Source: a virus | IMG/VR virus record: IMGVR_UViG_3300031823_000004 | Coordinates: 1 to 64,000 of that record | DNA length: 64,000 nucleotides | Reading direction: 5' to 3' (one strand) | Part shown: positions 18,200 to 27,173 of the stretch, piece by piece | Position numbering within the stretch: the first letter of the stretch is position 1 | Layout: every line of letters starts with the position of its first letter | Made by a program: the position numbers and the translations under genes | Notes under the pieces: generated by a model | Told to the model about the DNA's origin: nothing | The model's input: only the letters and a program-made list of their open reading frames with translations | The model's database searches: none

Positions 18200-18248
18200 G
18201 GCGGGAGGAGAGCCACGATAGGGCCTCCAACGCTCCTCCCGCCCTTTT
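18200..18248 (+). terminator. Terminator or attenuator hairpin in the marR leader
   Basis: GGCGGGAGGAG...CTCCTCCCGCC followed by CTTTT. Confidence 0.55.
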
Positions 18249-18267
18249 CCTGAAGGACACCGTACGC

Positions 18268-18546
18268 GTGCGCAAGCAGGTCGCTAAGCTGGTACAGAGT
18301 GGGTGCGATCTCGGTCTGCGCCAAATCCACGTCGTATTCGAATGCCTGGACAACCCGCGTACGGTCAAGCAGCTATCTGAAAGCGGCAACGGGAAATTCG
18401 ACAAACCGGCAGTGTCCCGGGCGGTGCAGCGGCTGCGCGAATTGGGCTATGTCGAGCGGCGCGAGCACCCCGATGACCGGCGCAGCGTCCTGGTGTCCCT
18501 GACGCCGGCAGGCAGAACCTTCGCCAAGAATATCGCCAAGGAATAG
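18268..18546 (+). CDS. MarR-family winged-helix regulator
   Basis: KPAVSRAVQRL.ELGYVER..HPDDRRSVLVSLTPAG. Confidence 0.88.
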   Translation: MRKQVAKLVQSGCDLGLRQIHVVFECLDNPRTVKQLSESGNGKFDKPAVSRAVQRLRELGYVERREHPDDRRSVLVSLTPAGRTFAKNIAKE

Positions 18547-18547
18547 C

Positions 18548-19039
18548 CTACGGGCCGCCAGCGGCCATTCCGATCCGGGCCAGACGGTACATCCAGCCGC
18601 CACCGTTGTCTGGCCACTCGACATCGTCGACGTACCCCAGCGCACGTTGTTCCAGAACGCGGGCAGTGAGTTCGTTCGTGTCGGTGTCGGCCTGTACAGC
18701 GCCCATCGTCTGGGGGCCGATGATCCCATCGTCATCAACACCTAGCGCGCGCTGAAGCGCTTCCGCGCCGCCGCCGTTAACGATGCCGTCGAATACCGCC
18801 AGGCAGAGTGGCCAGGGCATCTCGTCGCAATGGTTCGGCAACCACATGTTGGTGCGGTACCAGGCTGTTGCTGTCGCCTGCGTGAGGTTCGCCACGTCAA
18901 CATCAGGATGCTGCACCTGCGAAATGCCGAATTTGGTCAAACCGCCGTCCGGGTCCGTGGTCAAATTGTCGCTCTCGGGCCCCTCCAGGTCGAAGATCAG
19001 CAGCATGATCGAGGGGAAGCGATCGACAGTGGTGCTCAT
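18548..19039 (-). CDS. Endolysin, glycoside hydrolase family 108 with PG-binding segment
   Basis: LEG....DPDGGLTKFGI, FDGIVNGG, LQRALGV..DGIIGPQT, GWMYR. Confidence 0.88.
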   Translation of the reverse strand: MSTTVDRFPSIMLLIFDLEGPESDNLTTDPDGGLTKFGISQVQHPDVDVANLTQATATAWYRTNMWLPNHCDEMPWPLCLAVFDGIVNGGGAEALQRALGVDDDGIIGPQTMGAVQADTDTNELTARVLEQRALGYVDDVEWPDNGGGWMYRLARIGMAAGGP

Positions 19040-19236
19040 GAGTCTGATCCTTTGTCGTGGGCTTGATTGAGCCGGTGGTTGTCGAGAATGCGCCGGATCA
19101 GGTCGGCAACTGAAATCCCAAGGGTCCGGGCTTCGACTCGGAGATAGGCGTCCTGCGGCTGGGTCACCAGGAGAGAATAGCGCTTTTTGGTGCTAGTTCG
19201 GTGTGATTTCGCCGCTTCATGTATCCTGGATGACAT
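19036..19236 (-). CDS. Ribbon-helix-helix (CopG-like) DNA-binding protein
   Basis: RYSLLVT...YL..EARTLGISVADLIRRIL. Confidence 0.7.
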   Translation of the reverse strand: MSSRIHEAAKSHRTSTKKRYSLLVTQPQDAYLRVEARTLGISVADLIRRILDNHRLNQAHDKGSDS

Positions 19237-19327
19237 CTGCCTACCACTTCATTGCATCAGCCTTGCGGCAGCCCTATACTATATTCGCGCTCACTAGATG
19301 CAAGCTCCGTGATGGGGAGGGCTTCCG

Positions 19328-20284
19328 GTGTCCGATACATACGCCCACGATCGCCAGCACGACGCTGACATAGCCAGGTTGCTGGTCGAGGTTGCTGAAA
19401 TCCGGTCGCGTATAAACGCGCAGGGCACCTCCAATATCCCGATTCCCGATCCATCCGAGATCACTGCGCGGGCGATTGCCACAGCCAAAGAAGAATTGCG
19501 CGGTGAGTTCGACGACAAGCTGAAAGCGATAGGCGACCTGTCCGCCTATCGCTACGACGAACGGACGCGCGTACTGGAGGCAACCCGGCAATCCATAGCC
19601 CAACAGTACGATTCACTGTCAACCATGACGGATCAGAAACTGCATGCGGTCGACTTGCAGTTTGCGGCTGTCGACATGCGCTTTTCGGAGCGCGATGTAC
19701 GCGTCAAGATGACACAGGAAACAACGATGTCCGCGCTTAGCACAGCGCTGGCGTCTCAAAAGGAACTTGCTACACTGGTGCAGGGGACAACCACCGAAGC
19801 GATTCAGAAAAGTGAAACAGCGTTTACCACGCGTATCAGTGCGCTGGAAACACTGCTGAATGCGACAAAAGACGGTTTCACTGATCGGATGGCCGAATTA
19901 AACAATCGGATGAACCGCACGGAGGGCGGCCAAACGGGAGCGCAGATCGGCACGCACAACATACTCGGTATCATTGGCGGGATAGTTGGAATAATCAGCT
20001 TGCTTCTGTCGATAGCGATTTTCGCGCTCGGCTCCGATCATCTTCCCGCTGGCATTGCGCCGGTTGGCATTGACTCAAAGCGCGTCGATGACCTTACAGC
20101 CCGGCTGAACGCCTTGTCGCAGCGATTGGATTCTATACCGACATCACCAGCGGCAGCAGCACCGACATACGCCTCTCCAACTTACGTTTTACCGCCGCAG
20201 GCTGCACCAACTTACGTGTCACCCTTCGCGTTGCCGCCACAGGCTACACCGGTGCAGCCAACACCAGCACAGCCTAGCAAATAA
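19328..20284 (+). CDS. Coiled-coil membrane protein with one TM helix and Pro/Ala-rich tail; lysis-region protein
   Basis: GGGGAGG RBS; heptad-like helix; ILGIIGGIVGIISLLLSIAIFAL. Confidence 0.7.
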   Translation: MSDTYAHDRQHDADIARLLVEVAEIRSRINAQGTSNIPIPDPSEITARAIATAKEELRGEFDDKLKAIGDLSAYRYDERTRVLEATRQSIAQQYDSLSTMTDQKLHAVDLQFAAVDMRFSERDVRVKMTQETTMSALSTALASQKELATLVQGTTTEAIQKSETAFTTRISALETLLNATKDGFTDRMAELNNRMNRTEGGQTGAQIGTHNILGIIGGIVGIISLLLSIAIFALGSDHLPAGIAPVGIDSKRVDDLTARLNALSQRLDSIPTSPAAAAPTYASPTYVLPPQAAPTYVSPFALPPQATPVQPTPAQPSK

Positions 20285-20297
20285 GGAGTACGCCGTT

Positions 20298-20480
20298 ATG
20301 CAAGAGCGCGCAATCGTCTGGTTCGTCATCGCATGGCTCGCCTGCTGGGATATCGACCTGCTGATCGTCATCGCCCGCGGGCCGCTGCTGATCGACCCGA
20401 TACTGAAATTCATTGTCGTCACGATCGCCCTGGTCATGGTGTTGTGGAGCATGATGCGAAATCACTGGCTTTTCCCTTGA
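20298..20480 (+). CDS. Small two-TM membrane protein (holin candidate)
   Basis: AAGGAG RBS; two hydrophobic segments. Confidence 0.6.
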   Translation: MQERAIVWFVIAWLACWDIDLLIVIARGPLLIDPILKFIVVTIALVMVLWSMMRNHWLFP

Positions 20481-20505
20481 CACTCGCATTCAGAGTGATT
20501 ACTTA
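20477..20505 (+). promoter_or_regulatory. Promoter of the small RNA
   Basis: TTGACA-N17-TACTTA. Confidence 0.6.
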
Positions 20506-20506
20506 T

Positions 20507-20611
20507 GGCATCGCGAAGCCTAGGCAGCTTCGCAACGGAATGCTTGGATAGTTTCCTCCCTGACTAAACACCTTACGCAGCCCCTTCCTCCCTGGGTGGG
20601 GCTGCTTTTTT
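20507..20611 (+). ncRNA. ~105-nt three-hairpin sRNA with two anti-Shine-Dalgarno motifs (cuckoo/alpha-r14/AbcR-like architecture)
   Basis: GCGAAGC/GCTTCGC hairpin; TAGTT-TCCTCCCT-GACTA hairpin; GCAGCCCC/GGGGCTGC terminator + T6; TTCCTCCCTG at 20553 and 20585. Confidence 0.75.
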
Positions 20612-20673
20612 GTGTGCATTGCGCGTCAATCGTGATGCGTCTATGATGGCGTATTGCGGCAAGGGAGACGGCC

Positions 20674-20841
20674 ATGCCATTCGACGCGTGTCCTGACAAC
20701 TGGGACGAAAAGCCTGAACGGACGCCCGAAGAACCCGAAACCGAAGGGTTCTTTTTACAGATTTTCCTGGCAACCTGCGTCATTCTCGCGATGCTGCCGT
20801 TCGCGCTGATGATCGCGTCGCCGCTAAGACTGCTGCCGTGA
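20674..20841 (+). CDS. 55-aa membrane peptide
   Basis: GGGAG RBS; acidic N-terminus plus one TM; GTGA overlap. Confidence 0.5.
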   Translation: MPFDACPDNWDEKPERTPEEPETEGFFLQIFLATCVILAMLPFALMIASPLRLLP

Positions 20842-21548
20842 GCAAGCGCACTGTTCTCGCCGTCAGCGTCCTGGCGCTGATTTACGGCAGCACCGTCGCC
20901 ATGTTCGTCCTGTCGAGACCGGACGTCATGGCGGACACCGCACCGCCACCGGCTGTCGAAGTACCGGTACCCGCTGTCCCGGCTCCAGCGGCACCATCCC
21001 AGCAGCAGATCGACGCGCTGAAACAGGCGTACCAGGCGGCCGTCGCAGCGAAAGCGGCGCAGGCACCGGTTGTCGCCGTGGCTGCGCCGAACAGCACCTT
21101 GCTCGACGTCACCACCGTGCTCCAGCCTGTGCTGGAGATGATCGCGCTGGTGATCGCCGGGCTGATCACACGCTATGTGCCGCGCGCCCTCGATGCGATG
21201 GAAAAGCGCACCGGCATTCAACTGACCGACCAGCAGCGCGCCAAGGTGCTGGGGGCAGTGCAGACTGCGGCGGGCATAGTCGAGACCGATATCGACCGGA
21301 AAGCCATGTCGCTGGCACAGGTCCATGTGGACGACCCGGTCATCCGGGCACAGGCAGCCGCAGTGATTGCGGCTGTACCGCAGGCAGCGGCAGCCCTTGG
21401 CGTAACCGAGGCAGGCGTGGCCAGGATGATCGTCGGCGCAGCGAACACCGGCCCACGCGCCGCTCCAGTACAGCCCCAGCCAGCACAGGCCGCACCAAAC
21501 CCTTTAGCCGGGGCGCCGGGCGGCTCGTTCGTGAACCCGCCACTGTAA
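20838..21548 (+). CDS. Membrane protein with LL-H-holin-like domain
   Basis: Two TM segments, then GIQLTDQQRAKVLGAVQTAAG helical domain. Confidence 0.55.
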   Translation: MSKRTVLAVSVLALIYGSTVAMFVLSRPDVMADTAPPPAVEVPVPAVPAPAAPSQQQIDALKQAYQAAVAAKAAQAPVVAVAAPNSTLLDVTTVLQPVLEMIALVIAGLITRYVPRALDAMEKRTGIQLTDQQRAKVLGAVQTAAGIVETDIDRKAMSLAQVHVDDPVIRAQAAAVIAAVPQAAAALGVTEAGVARMIVGAANTGPRAAPVQPQPAQAAPNPLAGAPGGSFVNPPL

Positions 21549-21562
21549 AGCAGGAGACGCCT

Positions 21563-21937
21563 ATGTCAGATTTGGCCGCAAGTGGAGGCGGTGGCGCTGC
21601 CCCTAGCACAGTCATGGTTTCAGTTGGCGGTGGCGGCGGCAGTGCCGATAGTGGTGGAAGTGTCGGTGGTGGTGGCAGTGGCGGCGGCTGGGGTACTGGT
21701 GTCGTCGGTGGCGGGCCGCTGACTGCTACGCCATCGGCCGTGCCTGTTTCAACCCCAGTCACTCACGCTGACGCGGTGGCGGCGATCTTCACACGCCTGA
21801 ATGCGCTCAGTGAAGCGACGGCGGCCGAGATTGCCAGTATCAAGGCGGATGTCAGCAAGCTGCCGACACTGCTTGACCAGAACCTCGCAGCCGGGTTTGC
21901 GTCACTGCGCAGCAGCCTGACTGCGAAAAGCGGCTGA
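21563..21937 (+). CDS. Gly-rich hypothetical protein
   Basis: AGGAG RBS; Gly-rich N-terminus, amphipathic C-terminal helix. Confidence 0.6.
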   Translation: MSDLAASGGGGAAPSTVMVSVGGGGGSADSGGSVGGGGSGGGWGTGVVGGGPLTATPSAVPVSTPVTHADAVAAIFTRLNALSEATAAEIASIKADVSKLPTLLDQNLAAGFASLRSSLTAKSG

Positions 21938-21965
21938 CCCAGCGTCTCTTGAAAGGATCCCAGAC

Positions 21966-22349
21966 ATGACCATCCCCCTGTCCACAATCATTGCCGACAC
22001 CCAGCTAATCGCGGGTGCGGTGCAGACGGCAACATCCACGCTGTCTCTGTTTCCGGGCATCAATCCGACGATGGTTGCCAACGTGAACACGGCCGTCAGC
22101 GCGTTGCAGGCGACGCTGGCGGCGTTGCAGACCGCGACAACGGCGACCGCGGCGCAGCCGCTGATCCAGCAGGTCGAGGCGGCCATCAACGCGATCGTCG
22201 GCGCCGTCGCGGGGATCCCAGGCCTGCCGCTGGAAGTCACGCTGGCTTTGGACGCGGCTATCATCCTGCTGCCCATTATCGAGGCGGCGGTCAATCAGAT
22301 CGTCACCCCTACGCCAGCGGCAGCGCGCGCATCACTGTCCGTGCTATAA
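21966..22349 (+). CDS. Hydrophobic Ala/Thr-rich helical protein
   Basis: AAGGA RBS; almost no charged residues. Confidence 0.6.
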   Translation: MTIPLSTIIADTQLIAGAVQTATSTLSLFPGINPTMVANVNTAVSALQATLAALQTATTATAAQPLIQQVEAAINAIVGAVAGIPGLPLEVTLALDAAIILLPIIEAAVNQIVTPTPAAARASLSVL

Positions 22350-22386
22350 GCCTCGATAGCCAGCTTACGGCTTAACTGGAGGAACG

Positions 22387-23427
22387 ATGCATAACTATCT
22401 GAAGCGCCACCCGTCGCCCCCGACGTCGTGGACGATCCCGGAACTCTGTGCAGCGTACGACCTGCCGATAAAGCAGGTGAACCACGCCATCATCGCCATC
22501 GTGGAACTTGGCGGCGGCTACCGTCTGTCCGACGTTGCACAGGCCTTCGCCACAATGCATCTGCCGGCGCCGAACATCGTCGATGTCTCGGTCGACGGCA
22601 CCACGAACAATCCTGGCAGGAGCGATGCCGACGGCGAGGTGGCGCTCGATATCCAGATTGCCGGTGCGGTGAATGCGTACATGACCAGCGCGCCTGCCGA
22701 GATCCGCATGTACTGGGCGCGGGATATCGGCGCCGCGGTCGCGAAGGCGGCAGCCGATGGCTGCGACGTTTGCTCGATCTCATGGGGCGCGGACGAAGCG
22801 GAGTGGGGTCTCGCCGCGGCGACAGCGATGGAAACCATCGCCGCGCAGGCCACGGCGATGGGCATGGTGGTGTTCGCCGCGGCAGGCGACAACGACTCCA
22901 GCGACGGCGGGCCCACCCCGGCCAATGTGGATTGTCCGGGCTCCTGTCCGCACGTCATCTGCTGCGGCGGCACCAGCAAGCCCAAGGGTGGCGAGGAAAC
23001 CGTCTGGAACGACAACCCCGGCCAAACCAACGGTGAAGGCACCGGCGGCGGCTTCTCGACCTTGTTCGTCAAGCAGGCGTGGCAGATTGGCATTCCGGCA
23101 GCACCCACCGGGCTCGGCCGCATGGTGCCGGACGTTGCGGCAAACGCCGATCCGCGCACCGGTTATGAGATCGTGCTCGACGGACAGGTGCAGATTTTCG
23201 GCGGCACCTCGGCGGTGGCACCGTTCTGGGCTGGGATGGTTGCAGCCTGCGGCAGCAAGCTGGGGTTCATCACGCCGGACTTCTACAAGAACCCCCGTGC
23301 GTTCGTCGATATCGTCACGGGCAGCAACGGTGCGTACGACGCACAGGTCGGGCCCGACGCATGCACAGGCATGGGCGTGCCGGTCGGCGTTTCCATCGAG
23401 TCGGTCATCGACACCGGAACAGTATGA
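22387..23427 (+). CDS. Peptidase S53 (sedolisin/kumamolisin-like), catalytic domain only
   Basis: IAIVELGGG, EVALD (Glu/Asp), SISWG, AAGD (oxyanion Asp), RMVPDVAANADP, GGTSAVAP (Ser), DACTGMGVP; GGAGG RBS. Confidence 0.92.
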   Translation: MHNYLKRHPSPPTSWTIPELCAAYDLPIKQVNHAIIAIVELGGGYRLSDVAQAFATMHLPAPNIVDVSVDGTTNNPGRSDADGEVALDIQIAGAVNAYMTSAPAEIRMYWARDIGAAVAKAAADGCDVCSISWGADEAEWGLAAATAMETIAAQATAMGMVVFAAAGDNDSSDGGPTPANVDCPGSCPHVICCGGTSKPKGGEETVWNDNPGQTNGEGTGGGFSTLFVKQAWQIGIPAAPTGLGRMVPDVAANADPRTGYEIVLDGQVQIFGGTSAVAPFWAGMVAACGSKLGFITPDFYKNPRAFVDIVTGSNGAYDAQVGPDACTGMGVPVGVSIESVIDTGTV

Positions 23428-24086
23428 CCGCGCCAGTCTATGTCGTAGGGCACAGCCTCGGCGCGTCCGCGGCTGGGCTCTATGCCGTCTCCCGGTGGCA
23501 GCGTAAGCTGCCGGTGGACGGCGTCTATCTGTTCGGCTGCCCGCGACCAGGCAACGCCGCGCTGAAGTCGAAAGCCCCACCATGCCTTTGGCGCAGCATC
23601 CGGAACTACTGCGGCCGATTTCCGGATTATGATTTGGTGACAGCGGTGCCGTTCGATGTCGAGCCAGAACTCGACTACGCGCAGATGGCGCCGTTTGAAG
23701 AAATCAATGAACCGCCCCTTTTGACAGACCCGTGGGGGCCGTTTCGCTTTCACCATTCGACGCTGTATCAGGCCGGGTGCCGCAAGCTGCCGCCTGATCC
23801 AACAAACCCAGCAGCAACGATCGTTGAAGCGATCGACGCGGTGCAGGATCTTTACGACCAGACTGGCGCGTGGGACTGGCGGCATCCGATGGACGGCCAG
23901 TACTGGTCGATGCGTAAGAATGCGGCTGGCGCCCGGCTTATGATCGCTCGCGGCAGCACGACTGGTATTGACTGGATCCATGACCTGGAAACCTGGCAGC
24001 AGTACTTTTACGGTGCGCGTGCGTCTGTGGGCTTCCTGAAAGATGTTCTGCCAGCCGAAGCCGAACTTGACGCTGCACTGGTATAA
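23424..24086 (+). CDS. Class 3 lipase-like alpha/beta hydrolase, circularly permuted
   Basis: GHSLG at aa 9-13, LFGCPRPGN, DLVTAVP, FHHSTLY, then ARGS...DWIHDL...VGF. Confidence 0.85.
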   Translation: MTAPVYVVGHSLGASAAGLYAVSRWQRKLPVDGVYLFGCPRPGNAALKSKAPPCLWRSIRNYCGRFPDYDLVTAVPFDVEPELDYAQMAPFEEINEPPLLTDPWGPFRFHHSTLYQAGCRKLPPDPTNPAATIVEAIDAVQDLYDQTGAWDWRHPMDGQYWSMRKNAAGARLMIARGSTTGIDWIHDLETWQQYFYGARASVGFLKDVLPAEAELDAALV

Positions 24087-24126
24087 GTGCGACAAGCCAC
24101 TCGTCTCCTGGAGGATCTGAAACGCT

Positions 24127-24555
24127 ATGTCGGATCGCCCTGATTTCGGTATTTTCGACCCGCGCATCGGTCAGATCCTGAACATCGTCCAGGGGATGCA
24201 GACCAGCTTAACCGCTCTCTCAACACAGGTGAAAGCCATGAGCACGACCGTCTCCACCGACATTGCCAATCTTTCGGCCAGCGTTGCAACCCTGTCCACC
24301 AACGTCGCCAATCTGGGCACCGCGGTGACCAATGAGACGTCGGTCATCGCCTCGGCGATCACCAGTCTTCAGGGCGTCGTCACCAGCGCCGGTGACACCC
24401 TGACGCCTGCCGACAAGACGACCTTGGAGTCTGCCATCGCAGCACTCGATACGGCAAACACGAACATCACCGCAGCGTCGACGTCGATCACGAATGAAGC
24501 TGGTAGCTTGAGTGCAGCCATGACGCCGCCAGCCGCACCGGCACCGTCGGCCTAA
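24127..24555 (+). CDS. Ser/Thr/Ala-rich coiled-coil protein
   Basis: GGAGG RBS; heptad pattern. Confidence 0.65.
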   Translation: MSDRPDFGIFDPRIGQILNIVQGMQTSLTALSTQVKAMSTTVSTDIANLSASVATLSTNVANLGTAVTNETSVIASAITSLQGVVTSAGDTLTPADKTTLESAIAALDTANTNITAASTSITNEAGSLSAAMTPPAAPAPSA

Positions 24556-24556
24556 A

Positions 24557-24775
24557 ATGACCGGGACAGAATCGCTTTACGTCGTAGAGCGGCGATCTGA
24601 CCCGACACGTACGGCTGGCGGCGGATGGGTGAAAGACAATCAAGGAACATGGTGGCGCGTCGTTGACGCCTTCGGCCCCTGCGGCACAGGCGACATACGC
24701 GCCACCATCGATGAAAACGGCCGGATGCAGCGGCAGTATCTATGCTTGGGCCATAAAACCGCTGTTGTTCCATAG
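24557..24775 (+). CDS. Small hypothetical protein
   Basis: Starts 1 nt after the upstream stop; overlaps the 3' end of the convergent gene. Confidence 0.35.
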   Translation: MTGTESLYVVERRSDPTRTAGGGWVKDNQGTWWRVVDAFGPCGTGDIRATIDENGRMQRQYLCLGHKTAVVP

Positions 24776-25351
24776 TTCAAGCGACCCGGCACCCGGGTTG
24801 CTAAGCGGCAGGTAGCCCGCACCGTAAATCAGCAAGTACGTTGGCGATATGTTCGCCAGGTACGTCGGCGGCGCAAGCGGGTTTGGCGTCACGCCCGGCA
24901 CGATGCCGATAAGCCCGCTTGCACCGCCAGCCCACCACACTGCACCCGGCCACAGACTGCCCGATGATGTCGGCAGGCCTGGATTGGTCGGCGCGACGAT
25001 AAACCCACCGCTGACCTGGAACGGCGGCCCGGGCGACGGCACAATCGACACGGCACCTGGCGGTATCTGGATAAGCAGACCGTTCTCAGTTACCAGGGCG
25101 GCCGACGCGAGCCCAGCGAACAGTGGATTGTGGTTCAGATCACTGATACCGAGGGACGTCAGCGTACCCCACGTCCCGGACACCGGCCCAAAAATGCATA
25201 GCGTGTTGCTAACGAGTGTACCCTCGTTGACCACGTCGAAGCTGATCGGCTGTGAATGGTAGTTCGCAAAGGATGGCGGCGTCGTCACCTCGTTTCCGGT
25301 GACCGCGGTTCCCAGATCGAGATATCCGTTAAGGCTGCCCATGAACCGCAT
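24740..25351 (-). CDS. Virion/tail-fibre-associated protein, partial paralogue of 49456-50319
   Basis: GNEV....Y..Q.ISF...FGPVSGTWGTLTSLGISD resembles FAQATASWGTVVAFGLYD. Confidence 0.6.
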   Translation of the reverse strand: MRFMGSLNGYLDLGTAVTGNEVTTPPSFANYHSQPISFDVVNEGTLVSNTLCIFGPVSGTWGTLTSLGISDLNHNPLFAGLASAALVTENGLLIQIPPGAVSIVPSPGPPFQVSGGFIVAPTNPGLPTSSGSLWPGAVWWAGGASGLIGIVPGVTPNPLAPPTYLANISPTYLLIYGAGYLPLSNPGAGSLELWNNSGFMAQA

Positions 25352-25414
25352 GCTATCGGCACGCGGATCGCCGCCCCATGCCGTCCGCACGAAGGCGCGT
25401 GGTAGCATCACTGC

Positions 25415-27172
25415 ATGGCAATCCCGGCGTGGTCCTGGCCTCCCTCGGGCGCGACTGCGCGCGGCACGACTCTCGTGCCCTTCGGCGCGGGCATGGCTGT
25501 ACCGGACTGGACAAAACCCGTCCTGTGGCCGTTCTCCCTGAACGTGTTCCGCTCTGCAATCGCTATCGGCAGCGGCAGCTACGGCTTCGGCTCCGCAGCC
25601 CCTGATACGTCGGGTGGCGTGTACGCCACCACATGGGACGGTACGGTTCAGCACGTTACGTCCGGCAGCGTCATCACGTCCGGCGTGCTGCCGTCCGGAC
25701 AGGTCTATGTCGGCACCGCCTATGCAGGTGGATCCGGCTTTGCCCTCGCCGCCACCGGCACAGTCTACGGCTCGGGCGGTGCCCTGGTAGGCACGTTCCC
25801 GCTCCCGGCGCGGCCCCTGGTATCGAGCGGCACCACCCTGATGGCGCCCATGCCGTCATCCGGCGTTGGGCTGATGAACGCGAGCAACGGTGCCACCGGC
25901 TTCATCGCGCTGCCCGGAGGCATGACGACGATCTCCTGTATCGCCGCGGCGTCCGGCGACCGGCTGGCGGTGGCCGGGTATTCCGTCGCGCCGTCGCTGT
26001 CCGGGATGGCTGCGGCCGCGCTCGATCCGCAGATCAACACGTCGATGCTCGCGGTCGGATCGGGCCACGCGCTCCTGTGGGGTGCACCAGGACCGTACGC
26101 CGACGCGTGGGCGCAGACCCAGTCGGTCACCGGGCTCGCGAACCTGACGGCCGTGGCCTGGCGCCCGGACGGCACACAGGCGCTGGCGTGCAGCCCAGCG
26201 TCAGGCGCCGTGCAGGTGTTGGCGTACACGGCAGGCGTGGTGTCGCTCGCCCAGACCCTGACGGTGTCCGGGGCGTGCTCCGTGACGGTCGCCGGCGATT
26301 CGACCGATGCCCTGGTGGCGATGTCCGGCCAGTCACAGGCAGTACCGCTGACCTATGCGGGCAGCACGTGGTCGTCGGGCACCGCAATCACAGGCCTGTC
26401 CGGGATCGTCGCGGTTGCGCCGTACGGCGCGTCCGGCGCCGCCGTGGCGATGTCGGGAGCGGTGCAGTACTACAACCTGACACCGCCCGGGGCGTGGGCG
26501 TTCAGCGCGTCCGCCGCGATCGGCTTTGTGCCGACCGTCATGGCGGTCGACCAGTTCAGCCAGGTCTATGTGGCGGGCAGCGGCGCGGTGGCCCTGGTGT
26601 CCGGCGCCGCAGTGGTCGCCAGCGGCACATGGGCAGGTGCCGCGCCGACGTCGATCATCGTGCAGCAGGGGCGCATCATACTGGCGATCCCCAGCGACAA
26701 CCTGCTGCGGATCTTCGGGTACTCGGCGTCCGGCACACTGTCGCAGCAGAACAGCGTCGCCCTGTCGCTGGGCGCCCGTGTCGGACTCGGCCTGTCGTAC
26801 ACCACGCTGTTTGTCATGGGCTCCGGCAGCACGCCGCTGTACGGCTTCTCCGGTTCACCGTACGCGCTGACACAACCTTTGTCCGGCTCGACAGCTTTGT
26901 GGACCGGCTCGGCTTGGGTAACTGGCGGGATGGGTGTTGGGCATATCCCATCGGCGATCGGGCTGGACGCATCCGGTGGAGTCTGGGTGGCGACGATACA
27001 GAACACCCTTTGGCACTTCACGTCCGGCGCGGTGCTGTCGTCGAGCGGGATTGTACAGCAGTTTTCCGGACAAGCGCAAACGTCACCAATATCTCCGTCT
27101 GCTATACTAACAACCACAAGCGGTGTTTTTGTCGCGACGAGCATTCCCGGCGTTATGGTTCAGGTGGCGTAG
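25415..27172 (+). CDS. Virion structural protein, probably beta-propeller; very Ser-Gly rich
   Basis: Blade-like motifs (AVAWRPDGTQAL, MAVDQFSQVYVAG, IGLDASGGVWVAT); heads the baseplate block. Confidence 0.65.
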   Translation: MAIPAWSWPPSGATARGTTLVPFGAGMAVPDWTKPVLWPFSLNVFRSAIAIGSGSYGFGSAAPDTSGGVYATTWDGTVQHVTSGSVITSGVLPSGQVYVGTAYAGGSGFALAATGTVYGSGGALVGTFPLPARPLVSSGTTLMAPMPSSGVGLMNASNGATGFIALPGGMTTISCIAAASGDRLAVAGYSVAPSLSGMAAAALDPQINTSMLAVGSGHALLWGAPGPYADAWAQTQSVTGLANLTAVAWRPDGTQALACSPASGAVQVLAYTAGVVSLAQTLTVSGACSVTVAGDSTDALVAMSGQSQAVPLTYAGSTWSSGTAITGLSGIVAVAPYGASGAAVAMSGAVQYYNLTPPGAWAFSASAAIGFVPTVMAVDQFSQVYVAGSGAVALVSGAAVVASGTWAGAAPTSIIVQQGRIILAIPSDNLLRIFGYSASGTLSQQNSVALSLGARVGLGLSYTTLFVMGSGSTPLYGFSGSPYALTQPLSGSTALWTGSAWVTGGMGVGHIPSAIGLDASGGVWVATIQNTLWHFTSGAVLSSSGIVQQFSGQAQTSPISPSAILTTTSGVFVATSIPGVMVQVA

Positions 27173-27173
27173 C

